DNA of 64,000 bases from NCBI GenBank assembly GCA_951406725.2, contig OX597819.1:1240001-1304000 (forward strand), in the 5' to 3' direction. The position numbers and the translations under genes were made by a program. Numbering within the stretch: position 1 is the first letter of the stretch; the number at the start of each line of letters is the position of its first letter. The notes beneath the pieces were generated by a model. The model was not told where the DNA came from. It saw nothing but the letters and a program-made list of their open reading frames with translations, and did not search any database. Source of the DNA: Octopus vulgaris. Taxonomy: Eukaryota. Positions 12,412 through 26,929 of the stretch are shown one piece after another.

Positions 12412-12752
12412 AGGCGCATGGCTCAGTGGTTAGAGCGTCGAGCTTACGATCGTGAGGTTGTGAGCTCGAATCCCGGACCGGGCTGCGTGTTGTGTTCTTG
12501 AGCAAGACACTTTATTTCACGTTGCTCCAGTTCACTCAACTGTAGAAATGAGTTGCGACGTCACTGGTGCCAAGCTGTATCGACCTTTGTCTTTCCCTTG
12601 GATAACACTGGTGGCATGGAGAGGGGAGGCTGGTATGCATGGGCGACTGCTGGTCTTCCATAAACAACCTTGCCCGGACTTGTGTCTAGGAGGGTAACTT
12701 TCTAGGTGCAATCCCATGGTCATTCATGACCGAAGGGGGTCTTTACCCTTTA
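12412..12752 (+). mobile_element. tRNA-derived SINE family C
   Basis: A-box tggctcagtgg, B-box-like gctcgaatccc, then gtgttcttgagcaagacactttatttcac, tail ctttacccttt. Confidence 0.8.
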
Positions 12753-12787
12753 CATATATATATATTTATATTTATATATATTTATAT

Positions 12788-14172
12788 AAGACAGGGAAAA
12801 CTCCCCGGCCAATCAGGAATCACTGCAGAGATGCTCAAAATATAGCCTCAAAAATATAGCTATAGCCTAGTCACCCATATAGTTAACCAGGTGATACACA
12901 AAGGAGTTGTACCCAATGGCTGGTGTAGCAGCACTATAGTCAACTGCTACAAAGGTAAAGGTGACGCTTTATATACAAATAATTACAGAGGTATCAAGTT
13001 GTTGGATCAGGTAATGAAGGTCACAGAGAGGGTCATAGCCCAACTAATTAGGGAGAGAGTCAGTTTAGATGAAATGCAGTTTGGGTTTGTGCCAGGGAAA
13101 AGCACCACTGATGCCATATTTCTGGTAGGCAGCTGCAGGAGAAATACCTAGCCAAACATAAACCTATGTACCTGGCTTTTGTTGACATGGAGAAAGCCTT
13201 TGACAGGGTCCCCCGATCCCTTATCTGGTGGTCAATGAGGAAACTAGGGATAGATGAATGGTCAGTGAGAGCTGTGCAAGCCATGTACAGGGACGCTGTC
13301 ATTAAGGTGAGGGTTGGCAACGAGTACACTAAAGAATTCAGGGTAGAGGTAGGGGTCCACAAAGATTCAGTCCTCAGCCCTCTCCTATTTATCTTATTGT
13401 CCTCCAGGCAATAACGGAGGAATTCAAGACAGGATGCCCCTGGGAGCTCCTATATGCTGATGACCTTGCTCTAATTGCTGAGTCACTATCAGAACTCGAG
13501 GAGAAGTTTCAGGTGTGGAAACAAGGATTAGAATCGAAGGGCCTTAGATATGTAGAAAAGGCGTAGGTAGAAACTCTAAAGCTAAGTTTAGAATCGAAAG
13601 GCCTTAGAGTCAATGTTACAAAGACTAAAGTTCTAGTAAGTAGGAAGGTGAACACATCATACACCCCTTCAGATAGGTGGCCCTGTTCAATCTGTACAAA
13701 AGGTGTAGGTAGAAACTCCATAAGATGTATCCAGTGTAAACTATGGACACATAAGAGGTGCAGCAATATCAAAGGAAGGCTAACTGGGAAGATAGAAAAA
13801 CTAGAAGTAATTGATAGCTTCCGTTACCTAGGTGACCAAGTCAGTAGCAGGGGAGGGTGTGCTGAAAGTGTAGCTGCTAGAATAAGAATACCCTGGGCAA
13901 AGTTCAGAGAGCTCTTACCTCTGCTGGTGACAAAAGGCCTCTCGCTCAGAGTAAAAGGTAGACTATATGACACATGTGTATGAACAGCTATGCTACATGG
14001 CAGTGAAACATGGGCCGTGACTGCTGAGGACATGCGTAAGCTCGCAAGGAATGAAGCCAGTATGCTCTACTGGATGTGTAATGTCAGTGTGCATACTCAA
14101 CAGAGTGTAAGTACCTTGAGAGAAAAGTTGAACCTAAGAAGCATCAGCTGTTGCGTGCCAGAGAGACGACTG
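12788..14172 (+). mobile_element. RTE-clade LINE fragment (RT), degenerate
   Basis: ORFs 12891-13151, 13166-13414, 13648-13983 and 13990-14253 are homologous to the RTE at 35088-36482; internal deletion and small duplication. Confidence 0.92.
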
Positions 14173-15595
14173 GTTTTGCTCATATTCAAAGACAATAACA
14201 GTGGCAATACACAGCTACACAACACATATTTTCACCCCCAAGCAGGACCGTAGCCTGACAAAATAAGTCTAGAATGTTAATGTATTTTGAAATCTTTTCC
14301 CAATCAGAATCGAACAGTTTTGGACCTTTATATTGCTTCTCTTCACCTGACATGCAGATTGTAATTGCTTCTCTGGCCTGCAGCAGACTCTGCAGCATTA
14401 GAAAAGTACTTTTCCATCCTGTTGGAACAACTTGCTGTAGCTTACGCAATGGTGAATCCCTACAGTTCTGCAATTGAATTGTGTGGGTAGGGCTATGTTT
14501 AAAATGTCCTATGATTTTTTCGATATTTAACAAACAATGTTTCTGTATCTGTGGCTTTAATTCCATGCAATATGCTCAACTGCAGGCTATGAACCAAACA
14601 CAGAACATGAGCAAAACCAGTTTGATTTATTGCTGAAACCAAATTTCGTGCATTGTCCGTTACTAGAACCTGAATCTTCTTTGTTATATCCCAGTCTTCT
14701 ACAAATTGTTTATATAACTCAGCATCGTTGTCAGAACAGTGACATTCAACAACATGCACACATTCAAGAATAACACTTATTAAATTCCAGTCATCAGCAA
14801 TCCAGTGGCCGGTGATTCTGCTATAACTTTCATTACTTAGGGATGTCCAAAGATAAATGTTAGCACAGTTGCCTTTGAATTTTTCACTGCTTCTTTAACA
14901 CTTTCTCTTTTGCTGTTAAAAATATCAGCCAACATTTTATCAGTTGCACACCAGCAAGGTAGTTTATATTTTATATTTTGAAGCACTATACACAATACTT
15001 GCTGACGACCATCATCTTCTACTATCGATATTGGTCTACCACTATTAGCTATCCAGCTTGCAAGTGATATTTTAATGTCACGTTGTATGGTAGCACTCAC
15101 CAGATGATCAGACCGGTGATAAAACTGACTCAAAGTAGTCTGTTTGGAGGTAGATGACACCACTTGGAGGTAGACTGACAGAAATGAAGCTGACTTTGCA
15201 AGCTGAGGTTTTGAATACTGTAGCGAGTGTTTGTTTTGAAGGTGGTAAGTAAACGATGTGTTAGATCCATGGTATGTGAATGATTTGTTGCAATGGATGC
15301 AAGATGCAATAAACGTTATCAACAGTTTTGATATTACCATCAGCCAACAATTTAAATCCAAAATGTTCATGTAATCGACCTGATCATAGGTTTATATTTC
15401 ATAACTTCATTCTTCTCTACCACCATTTTACTGTTGTTACTATTGCTTCCTGACTTCCGGCACATTTATTAATGATGGATAGAAAATTAAATTTGAAACC
15501 GATTAATAAAAATTTAATCATTAAAACAAAAATTTAATCATTCAAATAAATTAAAGATTAATCGATTATTTAATCTTTAAATTCTGCAACGCTAA
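14172..15595 (-). mobile_element. hAT (Ac/ZBED1-like) transposase pseudogene, 5' part with terminus
   Basis: BED finger CIHCNKSFTYHGSNTSFTYHLQNKH, RPISIVED, VTDNARN and KLQQVVPTGWKSTFLML (TRWNST-like); frameshifted; end ...ctgcaacgcta at ~15594. Confidence 0.88.
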
Positions 15596-16787
15596 TATAT
15601 ATATATATCTATATACTAATAAAAGTGCAGTTCAATCTTGCTTGCTTGCAATGTTACACAGCCAAACTGGTACATAATAAGAAAGTACTATGAATTAAGT
15701 TGCCCCTGAAATGTTAATATGAATGGAATAAAACAAGTTTCATGTAAATCGGAGCAGTAGTTATTGAGATATTTGGGGTTAGGTGGTATAAATGCCCAGA
15801 ACGGTGCATAATGGGAAAATATTCTGAATATAACATCATCTTGAAAGGGAAGAGACTCTAACCTTTTGATTTAACACAGTGACTTGACAATGAAAAAATA
15901 CGATTTGTTTCACTTTTGTAGAACACAATATATATATATGGATACACATACACAATGTAGATAGGGTTAAAATCCATGCCATGTCCTCTTGCAATGCACT
16001 CTTCTACCTACAGTCATGCCTGTGCTAATACTGTTTCTGTGTTAGCTTACTGCATTCACTTAACAGATGGTTAATACTTTTGTCTCACTTCCCTACAGAC
16101 TCTGCGTTTGCTCTCTGACTGAGTTTTACCTATAATCAAATAATGCCTGAGTAAGGAACATTTCTTATGAATTTAACATTTTCATATGTGGAACTCCTGA
16201 CATCCTCTTGATGCAACAGATTGACTTTGATCAGCAAAAATCTTTATGTTTATATGCAAAGGAATCCTAAATTTTACAACTGATCATTTGTGAACTGTGT
16301 AGTGAGGAGACAAATGCTAGATTTCGGTTAGCTTTGCCCATAACTGTTTCTGTTTATTGTCAGTGAACTTTGGTCTGAAAGGGAATTGATACTGTCTTAT
16401 TGTGAAGTGATCATCTGTATCAGATGGTTGCAGGTTTATACAGGGAATCAGTAAAATATGTCCTGCATCAAAATCAGTAAGTTTACCTTATTTTATGAAA
16501 GTTATGGTAGCAGTTTCATTGAAAGTGGCTGTGAGAAATGAAACAATAAAGAAAGGAACTGAGGTAGATAATGTCTGCAAATCTGGGTTATTTGTGTGTT
16601 GAGGAGGAAGAAAGAAGGGAAAAGGAAGAAAGGAAAGGAAGAATGAGATATATATATATATATATATATATAGTTATGGCTATTCTTTCTACTTAAAAGG
16701 GAGATCCAAGTAAAACTACAGCACTTAAAAGGCAAACAACGCAGGCAAAAGAGAAAGAAATGACGACAATCATTCTATATCAAGTCA

Positions 16788-16878
16788 CCTACGGACGTAC
16801 GTTTCGAAATTAAGTCATAGGAAAGCATAAAAATTAAATAATTATGTCTTACCCAACTATTTTTCTCTTCAGCGTAGG
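16788..16878 (-). ncRNA. Intact type I hammerhead ribozyme motif
   Basis: Minus strand: cctacg-CTGAAGA-gaaa..tttc-GAAA-cgtacG-TC-cgtagg; perfect 6-bp stem I, palindromic stem III ACGTACGT, GUC triplet. Confidence 0.8.
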
Positions 16879-17173
16879 ACTCTTCAATCATAAATAATTG
16901 CGTCTCAATTATTAATAATTGTGTATTAAATTTGGAGGCACTAGAAGACATCACCTCAACTCATGGTATCAGAGCGAGCGTAAGTCATTACCAGTACCAC
17001 AAAATTCAAAGGGTGAATAAAAGTATGTCACCATCCTCCTCCCTGAATTTGGTGGTACTGGTAATGGCTTACGCTCGCTCTGATACCATGAGTTGAGGTG
17101 ATGTCTTCTAGTGCCTCCAAATTTAATACACAATTATTAATAATTGAGACGCAATTATTTATGATTGAAGAGT

Positions 17174-17264
17174 TTTATGCTGAAGAGAAAAATAGTTGGG
17201 TAAGACATAATTATTTAATTTTTATGCTTTCCTATGACTTAATTTCGAAATGTATGTCCGTAGG
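17174..17264 (+). ncRNA. Hammerhead motif, mirror copy with C>T changes
   Basis: tttatg-CTGAAGA-gaaa..tttc-GAAA-tgtatG-TC-cgtagg. Confidence 0.55.
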
Positions 17265-17554
17265 TGACTTAATATAGAATGATTGTCGTCATTTCTTTCT
17301 CTTTTGCCTGCGTTGTTTGCCTTTTAAGTGCTGTGGTTTTACTGGGATCTCCCTTTAAGTAGAAAGAATAGCCATAACTCTTTGACTGCTATTTCTAAAT
17401 TCGGTGTGTGGTGAGGCAGATCGTTGCTAAACCCTTAATTACTTAGTATTACTTAAACCTTCCTTGAATGGGGCTTTTACATGCCGAAATCTACTTGGTG
17501 AAATTAATGATTATTCCAAATTAATTAATTTCACCCTATATTATTATTGATAAT

Positions 17555-18291
<737 letters not shown>

Positions 18292-18307
18292 ATATATATA
18301 TATATAT

Positions 18308-18435
18308 AAGTAATTAAGGGTTTAGCAACGAATTGCCTCACCAACACACCGAATTTAGAAATAGCAGTCAAAGAGATATAGCTATTCCTTCTACTAAAGG
18401 GGGATCTCAGTAAAAACACAGCACTTGAAAGGCAA
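18308..18435. repeat. Third, inverted copy of the foldback-family sequence
   Basis: Reverse complement of ~17315-17445 (gactgctatttctaaattcggtgtg...gctaaacccttaattactt). Confidence 0.8.
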
Positions 18436-18513
18436 GTGTAATTGATAATTATTCCAATTACTTGGTGTAATTGATAATTATTCCAAATTAATTAATTTCA
18501 CCCTTTATTATTA

Positions 18514-18632
<119 letters not shown>

Positions 18633-19389
18633 GGGAACAGAAAAAGAAAAAAGTTAAAGAAAGTGAGAGAAGTAAGCAGTGAAAGAGTCAATAAAAGAGA
18701 GAAGGAAGGAGGCAAGAAAGAGAAAGATAGTGAAAGAAAGAAAGGTGTGTGTGAGAGAGAGAGAGAGAGAGAAGGATGGAAGGAAGTAAAAAAGAGTGGA
18801 AGAGAAAAAATAGAAGGATGGGAAAAAGAGTAAGAAATAAAAGGAGAAAGATAGGGAAAGAGAAAGGGAGAGAGAAAGTGATAGAGAATGGAAGAAAGAG
18901 GAAGAAAAAAGAGGGAAGAAGAAAAGAAAGAAAATAAAAAAATAGACAGGTAGACATAGGTAGTTAATAGATTACTAGATAGATGACATGTATTTATAAA
19001 AAAGTAACAAGGAAAATGTGTTTGTTTTGTTGGATTCTTGATGTGAAATTGTGTTTTGAAACAAATGTTATTCCTGGAGATGGTCATCTGTTGCCAATAA
19101 ACACATGTGCTATTTATTTGATCTTCACTAGCTTTATTGAGAAATTAAAACCATATGATGAGAGAGAAAGAGAGAGTGAAAGTGCCATTGTTATATGTCT
19201 GTATGCAGAGAAAGAGAGAGAGAGATGGAAGTTGTAAACTGAACAGAAAGTTGTGTGACAGATGACAGATGACAGATGACAGCTTTCACAATTATTATTC
19301 TATGGATTATTAATAATAATTGTTCCTTGCCAGCACCTTAATTATCATTACTGTTTCTGTCTATAACCAACATAATCATTACCAATATT

Positions 19390-19580
19390 GGCTTCAGATT
19401 TTGACACAAGGCCAGCAATTTTAAGGAAGGGGATAAGTTGATTGCATCCACCTCAGTACTCAGCTGGTACTTATTTTATCAACCCTGAAACAATGACAAG
19501 TAAAGTCAACCTTGGTGGCATATGAACTCAGAATGTAAAGACAGACAAAATGCTGCTAACGATTCTGCCAATTTTCTGCC

Positions 19581-19615
<35 letters not shown>

Positions 19616-20175
19616 CTTTTCTACTAAAGGCACAAGGCCTGGAATTTGAGGGGAGAGGGACTGTCAATTACATCCACCCCAGTACATAACTGGTACTTAT
19701 TTTATCAACCTTGAAAGGATGAAAAGCAAAGTTGACCCTGGCAGAATTTGAACCCAGAACATGAAGGCAGGCGAAATGCTTGGGGGAGGGGTTGAGCCAA
19801 TTGCATTGATCTCAGTGCCCAACTGGTTTGTATTTTATTGACCCCAAAAGGATGAAAGGCAAAGTCAACTTTGGCAGCATTTGAACTCAGAACATTTGAT
19901 GGACAAAATGTCACTAATCATTTTTGCTTAGTGTTCTAACAATTCTGCCAGTACTACTGTTAGTAAATAAGGCTGCGAGCTGATGAAATTGTCAGCATCC
20001 TGGGAGAAATGCTCAGCGGCATTTTGCCCATCTTCACATTCTGAGTTCGAATTCCGCTGAGGTCGATTTTGCTTTTCACCCATTTGGGGTCAGTGAAATA
20101 GGTATCAGTTGAGATCTGGAGTTGATGTAATCGACCTTGCTCCAAAATTGCTGGCCTTATTCCAATATTTGAAAT
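19390..20175. mobile_element. Cluster of SINE family A copies (minus-strand copies followed by a plus-strand copy)
   Basis: Repeated ggtacttattttatcaaccc..aaaggatgaaaggcaaagtcaac motifs at 19390-19960 and the reverse complement at 19970-20175. Confidence 0.75.
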
Positions 20176-20462
20176 CAATATCATTATTAGTAATTACTGA
20201 CAATTCTATTGATAAATGTCTGTACATATCTAGACAGAATGGAGTTATTTCCCTTGACCTATATTTTATAAAGCTCAGAAGAAATGCCTTAATGTATATT
20301 TTTTATTGAAGTACACTGTTAGAACATAGCACATCACTTATACCTTATGACTTTCTGCAGAGGTAAACGTGAATGGGCCCTTAAATAATACTTGGCATTT
20401 GATAGGGCTTTTGTCTCTCTGACCAGTCTTTGTTGCTTAATTTAAATAAAAGAATCACACAT

Positions 20463-20504
<42 letters not shown>

Positions 20505-20827
20505 CATTATTCAAGAGTAAGTTCCTTTAACATTTTGGTACAGCTTAATACAACCATGAGCAAATGTACTAAGAAAAAAGTATATTTTTTGGAATAAACA
20601 GTTAATATTATTTCATTTTGTATAAGATTTAAAATGCTCCCTGCCATATTCAATCCTCAATCAATGTCCTATTTTCGAGTGCTAAAATCAAATGTGTCAA
20701 AGGTTTTGTGCTTCATCTCTCCTTTGATACTTTTATTGTAAATGCTCAGTGTCTAGGATTGTTGTTTTGTAGACCTGATCACAAAGATAGCCCCAAAATA
20801 AGAAATTCGAAGGATTCAGATCAGGGC

Positions 20828-20981
20828 TTCATCATCATCATCATTGTTGTTGTTGTCATCAATGTCTCCATCGTCATCGTTGTCATCATCATCATCATCA
20901 TCATTGCTGTCATCATCACCATCATCATCATTACCATCATTGTTGTCATCATCATCATTACTGTCATTGTCATCATCATCA
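20828..20981. repeat. Degenerate (CAT/TGT)n trinucleotide tract
   Basis: Direct reading; source of poly-D/S/I ORFs. Confidence 0.85.
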
Positions 20982-21735
20982 TGCCCACTTTTCCATGTTT
21001 CCATGGGTCAGATGGAGTTCATTGAGGGAGATTTTCTACAGCCACATTGGCCTTTCTGTTACCGACTTTCATCTATTTCCAAGTAAGGTAATATTTCCCC
21101 ATGACCAGACATGTTTTTTCAAAAGTGAATGATGCTGTTTGTATGACAAAGACACTTCATTTACGACCATCATTCGATGGCAAGGCAAGAAAGAACAAGC
21201 TACTCTTCTTTAAGTTTCTGTCTACCAAAATCCACTCACAAGACTTTGATTGACACAGGGCTATAGCAGAAGACACTCACCCAAGGTTCCACAAGACTGT
21301 GTGGTTGGCAAGCAAACTTGTTAACCATGCAGCTACTCCTGTTTCTTAGTGATAATACAATTGATCCATTTCTAGGCCACAAACATCTTAGAAATTATAT
21401 ATTAGTGACAGAGGCAATATTATTACTGAGAGGTAATTAATATTACCTCTTTTACTAATATATATTTTTAACATGTTCACTGGCTAATCATGATATCAGT
21501 GCCTGTTCTGACACTATTTTTCTATATAAAATTGCTGGTGTCGCTGCTGTCTGTAGTGGTTGAGTGTCCATCATTGACAAGAGCAAGGAAGGTTGAAATC
21601 ACGTGACTTGGTGGTCTCAGCATTGGAGAGGGTGGGGATTTATCTCTTTGCTATATAAACAGAAGTGCATTTTGCACCAAGAGCTAATATGACAGTTTCT
21701 CCCATGGTACCTACTGTAATATAACGATAAACGTC

Positions 21736-22042
21736 GCCCTTTTCAAGCCTAGCCAGGCTCATGGGCCCAGTTTCCCAGTTTCTGTGGCGTATGTGTTCCT
21801 CCCAGCTGGACGGGACACCAGTCCATCGCAGCGTTACTCAAGAAACAGGAAGAGAGAGAGAGAGTGAGAGAAAGTTGGGGCGAAAGAGTACAACAGGGGT
21901 CGTCACCACCCCCTGCCGGAGCCTCGTGGAGGTTTTAGGTATTTTTGCTCAATAAACACACACAATACCCGGTCTGGGAATTGGAACTGCGATCCTCCGA
22001 TTGTGCGTTCGCTGCCCTAACCACTGGGCCATTGCGCCTCCA
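21736..22042 (-). mobile_element. tRNA-derived SINE family D with probable TSD
   Basis: Reverse complement of 52723-53030; flanked by ctactgtaatata (21711) and ctactgtactata (22044). Confidence 0.85.
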
Positions 22043-25000
22043 TCTACTGTACTATAGTTTGTTCTGATAGAGCATCCACTTTTAAGTGGAGATAATTCTT
22101 AGAAATTGTGCTTTACGGTATTACTGTACATTTTGGTCCCAGTGTACTGGTTTATTTTCTTGTAGAATATTCCCAAGAATGTTTTTCTCATTTTCATACC
22201 TAATACCAAAACTTCTGAACCATTGACAAATGAGAACTCTTTATGATACTAAATGTTTTTACACCTTTCAGTAGATCTTTTAGAGAGAGAGAGAGGGAGA
22301 GCACTTTTGATATCTGCTACATTGGACTATGTGGAGTTTTTTGAATAGTAATAACCACTCTTATGGCTTTGTTTCTCTAATGATTGTTTGGTCTTTCAGA
22401 TATAAGTTGGGCTTTAACTGCAGCTTTAAATTGCTTAAAAGTTTTACAAATGGTAATCTCTGATTTATTTCTTGTTTGCATATTGTTATATTGTGCCATA
22501 TCTAGAACAAAAATTCCTTATTTGATAATGCCATTTTTCTATTACACACACACACACATAAATATATACTGTCAATGGTCACAGTGAAATGACTGAAACA
22601 AGTAAAAGAATAAAAGAAAGAATTGCAAAAATAGTATTAACAAATATATAAAAATCAGATTGAAGAATAAAAAATAAAACTTTTATCATTTAAATAATGG
22701 TAAAGTGACTCCGGAATCCTTACATGTACACACACACATACACCCCCACACAATTATATATGTGCACCCATAAATAGAAGTCTCACATTGAAGCACCTAG
22801 TCTTACACACTTACGTACAAATGTGTACTTATTCATATATGCCACTATCCATATATGTGTATATGTGTATGTACGCACACACACACACACACACACGTGC
22901 ACACACACACATGCACACACATATGCATACATTCACATATATGTATTTGTGTATATATGCATATATATATTGATGCATACATCATCATTTAACATCTGTC
23001 TTCTATGTAATTCACTAGACCAAAAGTCCCCTTGACTGAATGTAATAGTAGAGGGGGAGGCAGCTCTGTGCTAAGTGTTGGGAGGTGGAAATGTGACAGG
23101 GGCACAGAAACAGGTTTGTTAGGCTCTGCATTATGTAAGGGGAAGTAACTGAGGTCAAAGCTGGAAAAGAATATAAAGATGGTGGCAATGAGGTGTGAGA
23201 GCAAACCCTTAAGGTCCAAGAAGGTGAATAGAAGATGAGAATTGGCGAGAGGGTAAATGTTGCAAAAGTGTAGGAAGAGAGTAAGAAATGGTTAGAGATG
23301 GGATAAGGAGTAAATGTAATGATAGGTGAACAAGAGTGGAGGGATGGTCACTGGCAAATGGTAAGAATGAGAAATGGATGTCAGTAGAAGTGGTATCTCT
23401 ATATTTAAAAGCCTTCATGCTTCTTTCTTTTCAGAATAACTAAGTATCTATCTGTACTGTTATCTATCTGTACACACTTTCTCACCATCCATGACCCTCT
23501 CTGATAAATTGTCTTGTAATCTCAAACATGTCATGCCTCTGACATTAGCAAAGCTTTTTACTTTTTGCTTCTCCCTTTGCTGAGTAACTTGTCACCAAGC
23601 TTCCTCTCTAGCTTTCTCATATGATTCTCTCCTCTCCTCGTTTTCCCAGTCTTTATAAGCCCTTCTCTCTGCTTTTATGGCTCAGCCTACTTCACTCTTC
23701 AACCATGATATTGTCCTCAGTCTGCCTGTAACTTTGCACCAACTGAAGATTTTGTATGTTTCCTTGAGTGTGTTGCCTCATAGGAAAATCCAGTTGTCCT
23801 CTATGTTTTACCTCCCCATCTCCTCCTTTATCTCATCAAATGCTCCAGCTAGTCCTCCTCTAAATCTCTGACTGTTCAGTAGATTGTTTTGCTTTCATAT
23901 CTTAATTTTCCAGATTAGTCTGTGTCTCTAAGTCATTCCCTTTCTAAGTCTGAAGCTACCAACCACTATCATATGTTGGAATGTGCATTCTTCATTTGGG
24001 AAGGGCTTTGCATTTATAACCATCTATTTATCCTGTTTTCTGATGAGAATGCAGAGAATGTAGTGAATTTGGCTTGTGAGCCTATGTGACTGATAGGTGA
24101 TTTTTTTGAAGTTAGTGTTGTAGATCAAGTTCTTTATTCATAGAACTCTGAGAGCCCTTGTTCCCTCCTCATTTCAAGAGCCTAAGCTGTAACCCCCATG
24201 TACTCCATGGAATCCATCAACGTGTTCCCCAACTTGTGTCTTCAAGTCACTTGTCACAAAAAGAAAACCATTGCCATTTGTCATTGAAGTGAAAAGATCC
24301 TGTAGAATCATTCTTTGTGTTCATCTGCCAGTCCAGATTATACTATCACAAATTCTGACCACTTTAATCACTTTATCTATTTCCCTGCCAGAAGAATGCC
24401 TATGCCAGCCATCCCATAACTATTGCCTGTTCAAAAGAGTTTATACCTTTGTTCTTTGCCCTTGAGGAGTTTGGCTGAGTCTCCCCACCATCATTCCTCT
24501 TGCACATAATACACATCTACATATCGCCAATCTAGCATTTCAATAATTTCATTGGATCTATCTTTTATTATGCCAATATTGATTGTAGCGGCTTTGATGA
24601 TGTGGATTTCACAGGAAGAGTGATTGGTAGCTGGGGGAATATTTTCTGCACCTGAAAATAAGTTTTGTATGAATATTTATCAGTAGGTAGTAGGCTCTTG
24701 CACATGTCCAATTAGACAAATATTTACCACTCAATATATTACCATTTCCCTCAATTACTGAACCATTGGGGACGATCACCTTACCAGGAGGAAAGGAAGG
24801 AGAAAGAAGTAGAGGTGGATGATAAGAAGAGGGGGAGGTTCCCAGCTAGGCCTTAGCAAGCAGAAAGGAAGGGAAAGGGTGCAAATAGCAATGGTGCATG
24901 TCTGTGTACATACACCACTATGTATTTCATATCTACATATGTATGTATTTCATATCTACATATGTAAGTATTACACACACACATTCACATGCACACACGC

Positions 25001-25919
25001 ACACACACACATAGATAAGAATGTGAGATGGTAGAAGGGGACACACCCATCCTTCATACCTATAAAAAGGAAAAAGGTGTGGTACAAAGTTGCCGGCTGG
25101 GTGGGTGGGAATTTTAGAGCAAATCATGTATGTCTCTAATAGAGGTGATAATGGTGGGTGGGGGTGGCAGAAGCAGGTAAAAAGGTTCAGATAATGCAAA
25201 CACAAATGCTACTTTCTCTCCATGATATTTGTAACAAGGTAAAATTATTATTACTCTCACTTTATAGTAATTTTAGTCATTTTATATATGAATAGTGAGC
25301 CAATCCAATATCGCAGAATATTGCAAGTCCAATATTGCAAATCCAATATTACATAATATTGTTTGTTAGTGATTGCGTTCGTGTGTGTCTGTGTGTGTCT
25401 GTGTGTGTGTGTGTGTGTATATGCAAGCAAACCAGGTAAATTCTGAGCTTCTCTTCTTTAATATATAATATATAATCACACTGTATGATAATTTTGCATT
25501 TCCTTCTTTCTTCCCAATCATTTATCAGTAAAACTATGCTTATTAGTAAAAGTATATGATACAATGTAATAATAATTCTAGCACATACTTCTTGTTATAT
25601 CATCCAATATATATTTCTTGTTAATATTAAATCTTTGGAAAATTTCCATTTTTCATTTAAATGTATATATACATAAATTATGTGATTTTAAGTAATAATT
25701 TTATTAGGGGAAAGAGCATAATCTGTCTGTATCTTTCCAGCTCCTCTCTCTCAACATCTCTCTTAGAGATTTATAGGATATATTCTTCTGGAAACTAACA
25801 TTACCAGCACTGCCTGTTTATATTTTGAAGTATGATGTAGATTGTCTGCTGTTGTCTTGTACTTGTGTATGAAACTATCTCGTATTTGTGTATGTGTGTG
25901 TCATAGTTCAATTGTTTAA

Positions 25920-26845
25920 GGATCAGATGTGTGACACGTTCTGGATTGCAAGAGAGTGCATCAGAGAGAATCAAAATGTAGGTGAGAAGTGTGTAGAAAT
26001 GGATAACAGTACATTTGTGCTCAGTGATTCTGAAAAGAAAGAAGCATGGAAGTGATACTATGAAAGGTTATTAAATGTAGAGAATGCATAGAAAAAAGAA
26101 AGTCTTTCAATTATGGACCAAACAAAGGGAAGGGCAATTCTAGTTGATAGCAGTATAACAGATAAAGCAATCAAGCCCTTGGTCAATCAGGAATTATGAC
26201 TGACATGCTGAAAATATTGAACAGAGCAGGACACAGCCAAGTTACCTGCGTAGTTAATTAAGTTGCACAAGAAGGTGTTATACCCAATGAGTGGTGTAGC
26301 AGTTTTGTAGTCAACTGTTACAAGAGTAAAGGTGATGCCTAAGCAAAAGGTAATTACAGAGGCATTACGTTGCTGGAGCAGGTCAGGAAGGTTACAGAAA
26401 GAGTTATAGAACAATTAATGAGGAAGAGAATTAGCCAAGATGAGATGCAGTTTGGTTTTTGAAGTAGAAAGAAGCACTATGGATGCTCTCTCCAATTGTC
26501 AGTATTAAGACTGTGATGTGTTTAGTGTTGGTGGGGATCTACCAAGGCTTTGTTCTCAGTCACCATTATTCATTGTAGTTCTGCAAGCCATAACAGGAGA
26601 GTTTTAAGACCAGTTGCCACTGGGAATTCTTCCGTGCTGATGACCTCATTCTTATCACTGAGTTTGTAGTAGAATTAGAAAAGAAATTCCAGGTATGGAT
26701 GCAAAACCTGGAATCAGAGGGTCTCAAAGTCAACTTAGCAAAGACCAAAGTTTTAGCAAGTAGTAAAACAGACAGGACTCTACTCTCTTCAGGTAAATGA
26801 CCCTGCTTGATATGTAGTGAAAGAGTCAGTAGAAATTCCATATGA
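25920..26845 (+). mobile_element. Old RTE LINE relic
   Basis: Decayed aaaggtgatgcc..aattacagaggcat..gatgagatgcagtttggttt..gctgatgacctc homologous to the RTE RT. Confidence 0.8.
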
Positions 26846-26929
26846 TATAGTGACTATTAGATATGAGTGAGGGACAAAGTCAAATGCCTTCTTACAGTCG
26901 TCATACAGTCAGCAGATTTCAGCTTTGCT

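Larger units (their letters stand above)
16672..17379. repeat. Long foldback element (~337-bp inverted arms, ~35-bp spacer) carrying hammerhead motifs
   Basis: 16672-17008 is the near-exact reverse complement of 17044-17379. Confidence 0.92.

Noticed and set aside
12412-12490. tRNA gene candidates (also 45370, 52723, 21970-22042)
   Set aside because: A/B boxes belong to multi-copy SINE heads; no complete cloverleaf
14186-15370. Domesticated ZBED1-like host gene
   Set aside because: Multiple frameshifts and stops, mutated RWNST motif and truncation by the adjacent RTE; a decayed hAT
16364-16492. Possible exon between tgtcAG and GTAAGT with an SCIK peptide resembling TM2D2 PCIK
   Set aside because: All three frames contain stops and there is no further similarity
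20708-21086. Poly-Asp/Ser/Ile ORFs
   Set aside because: (CAT)n tract attached to a decayed RTE tail
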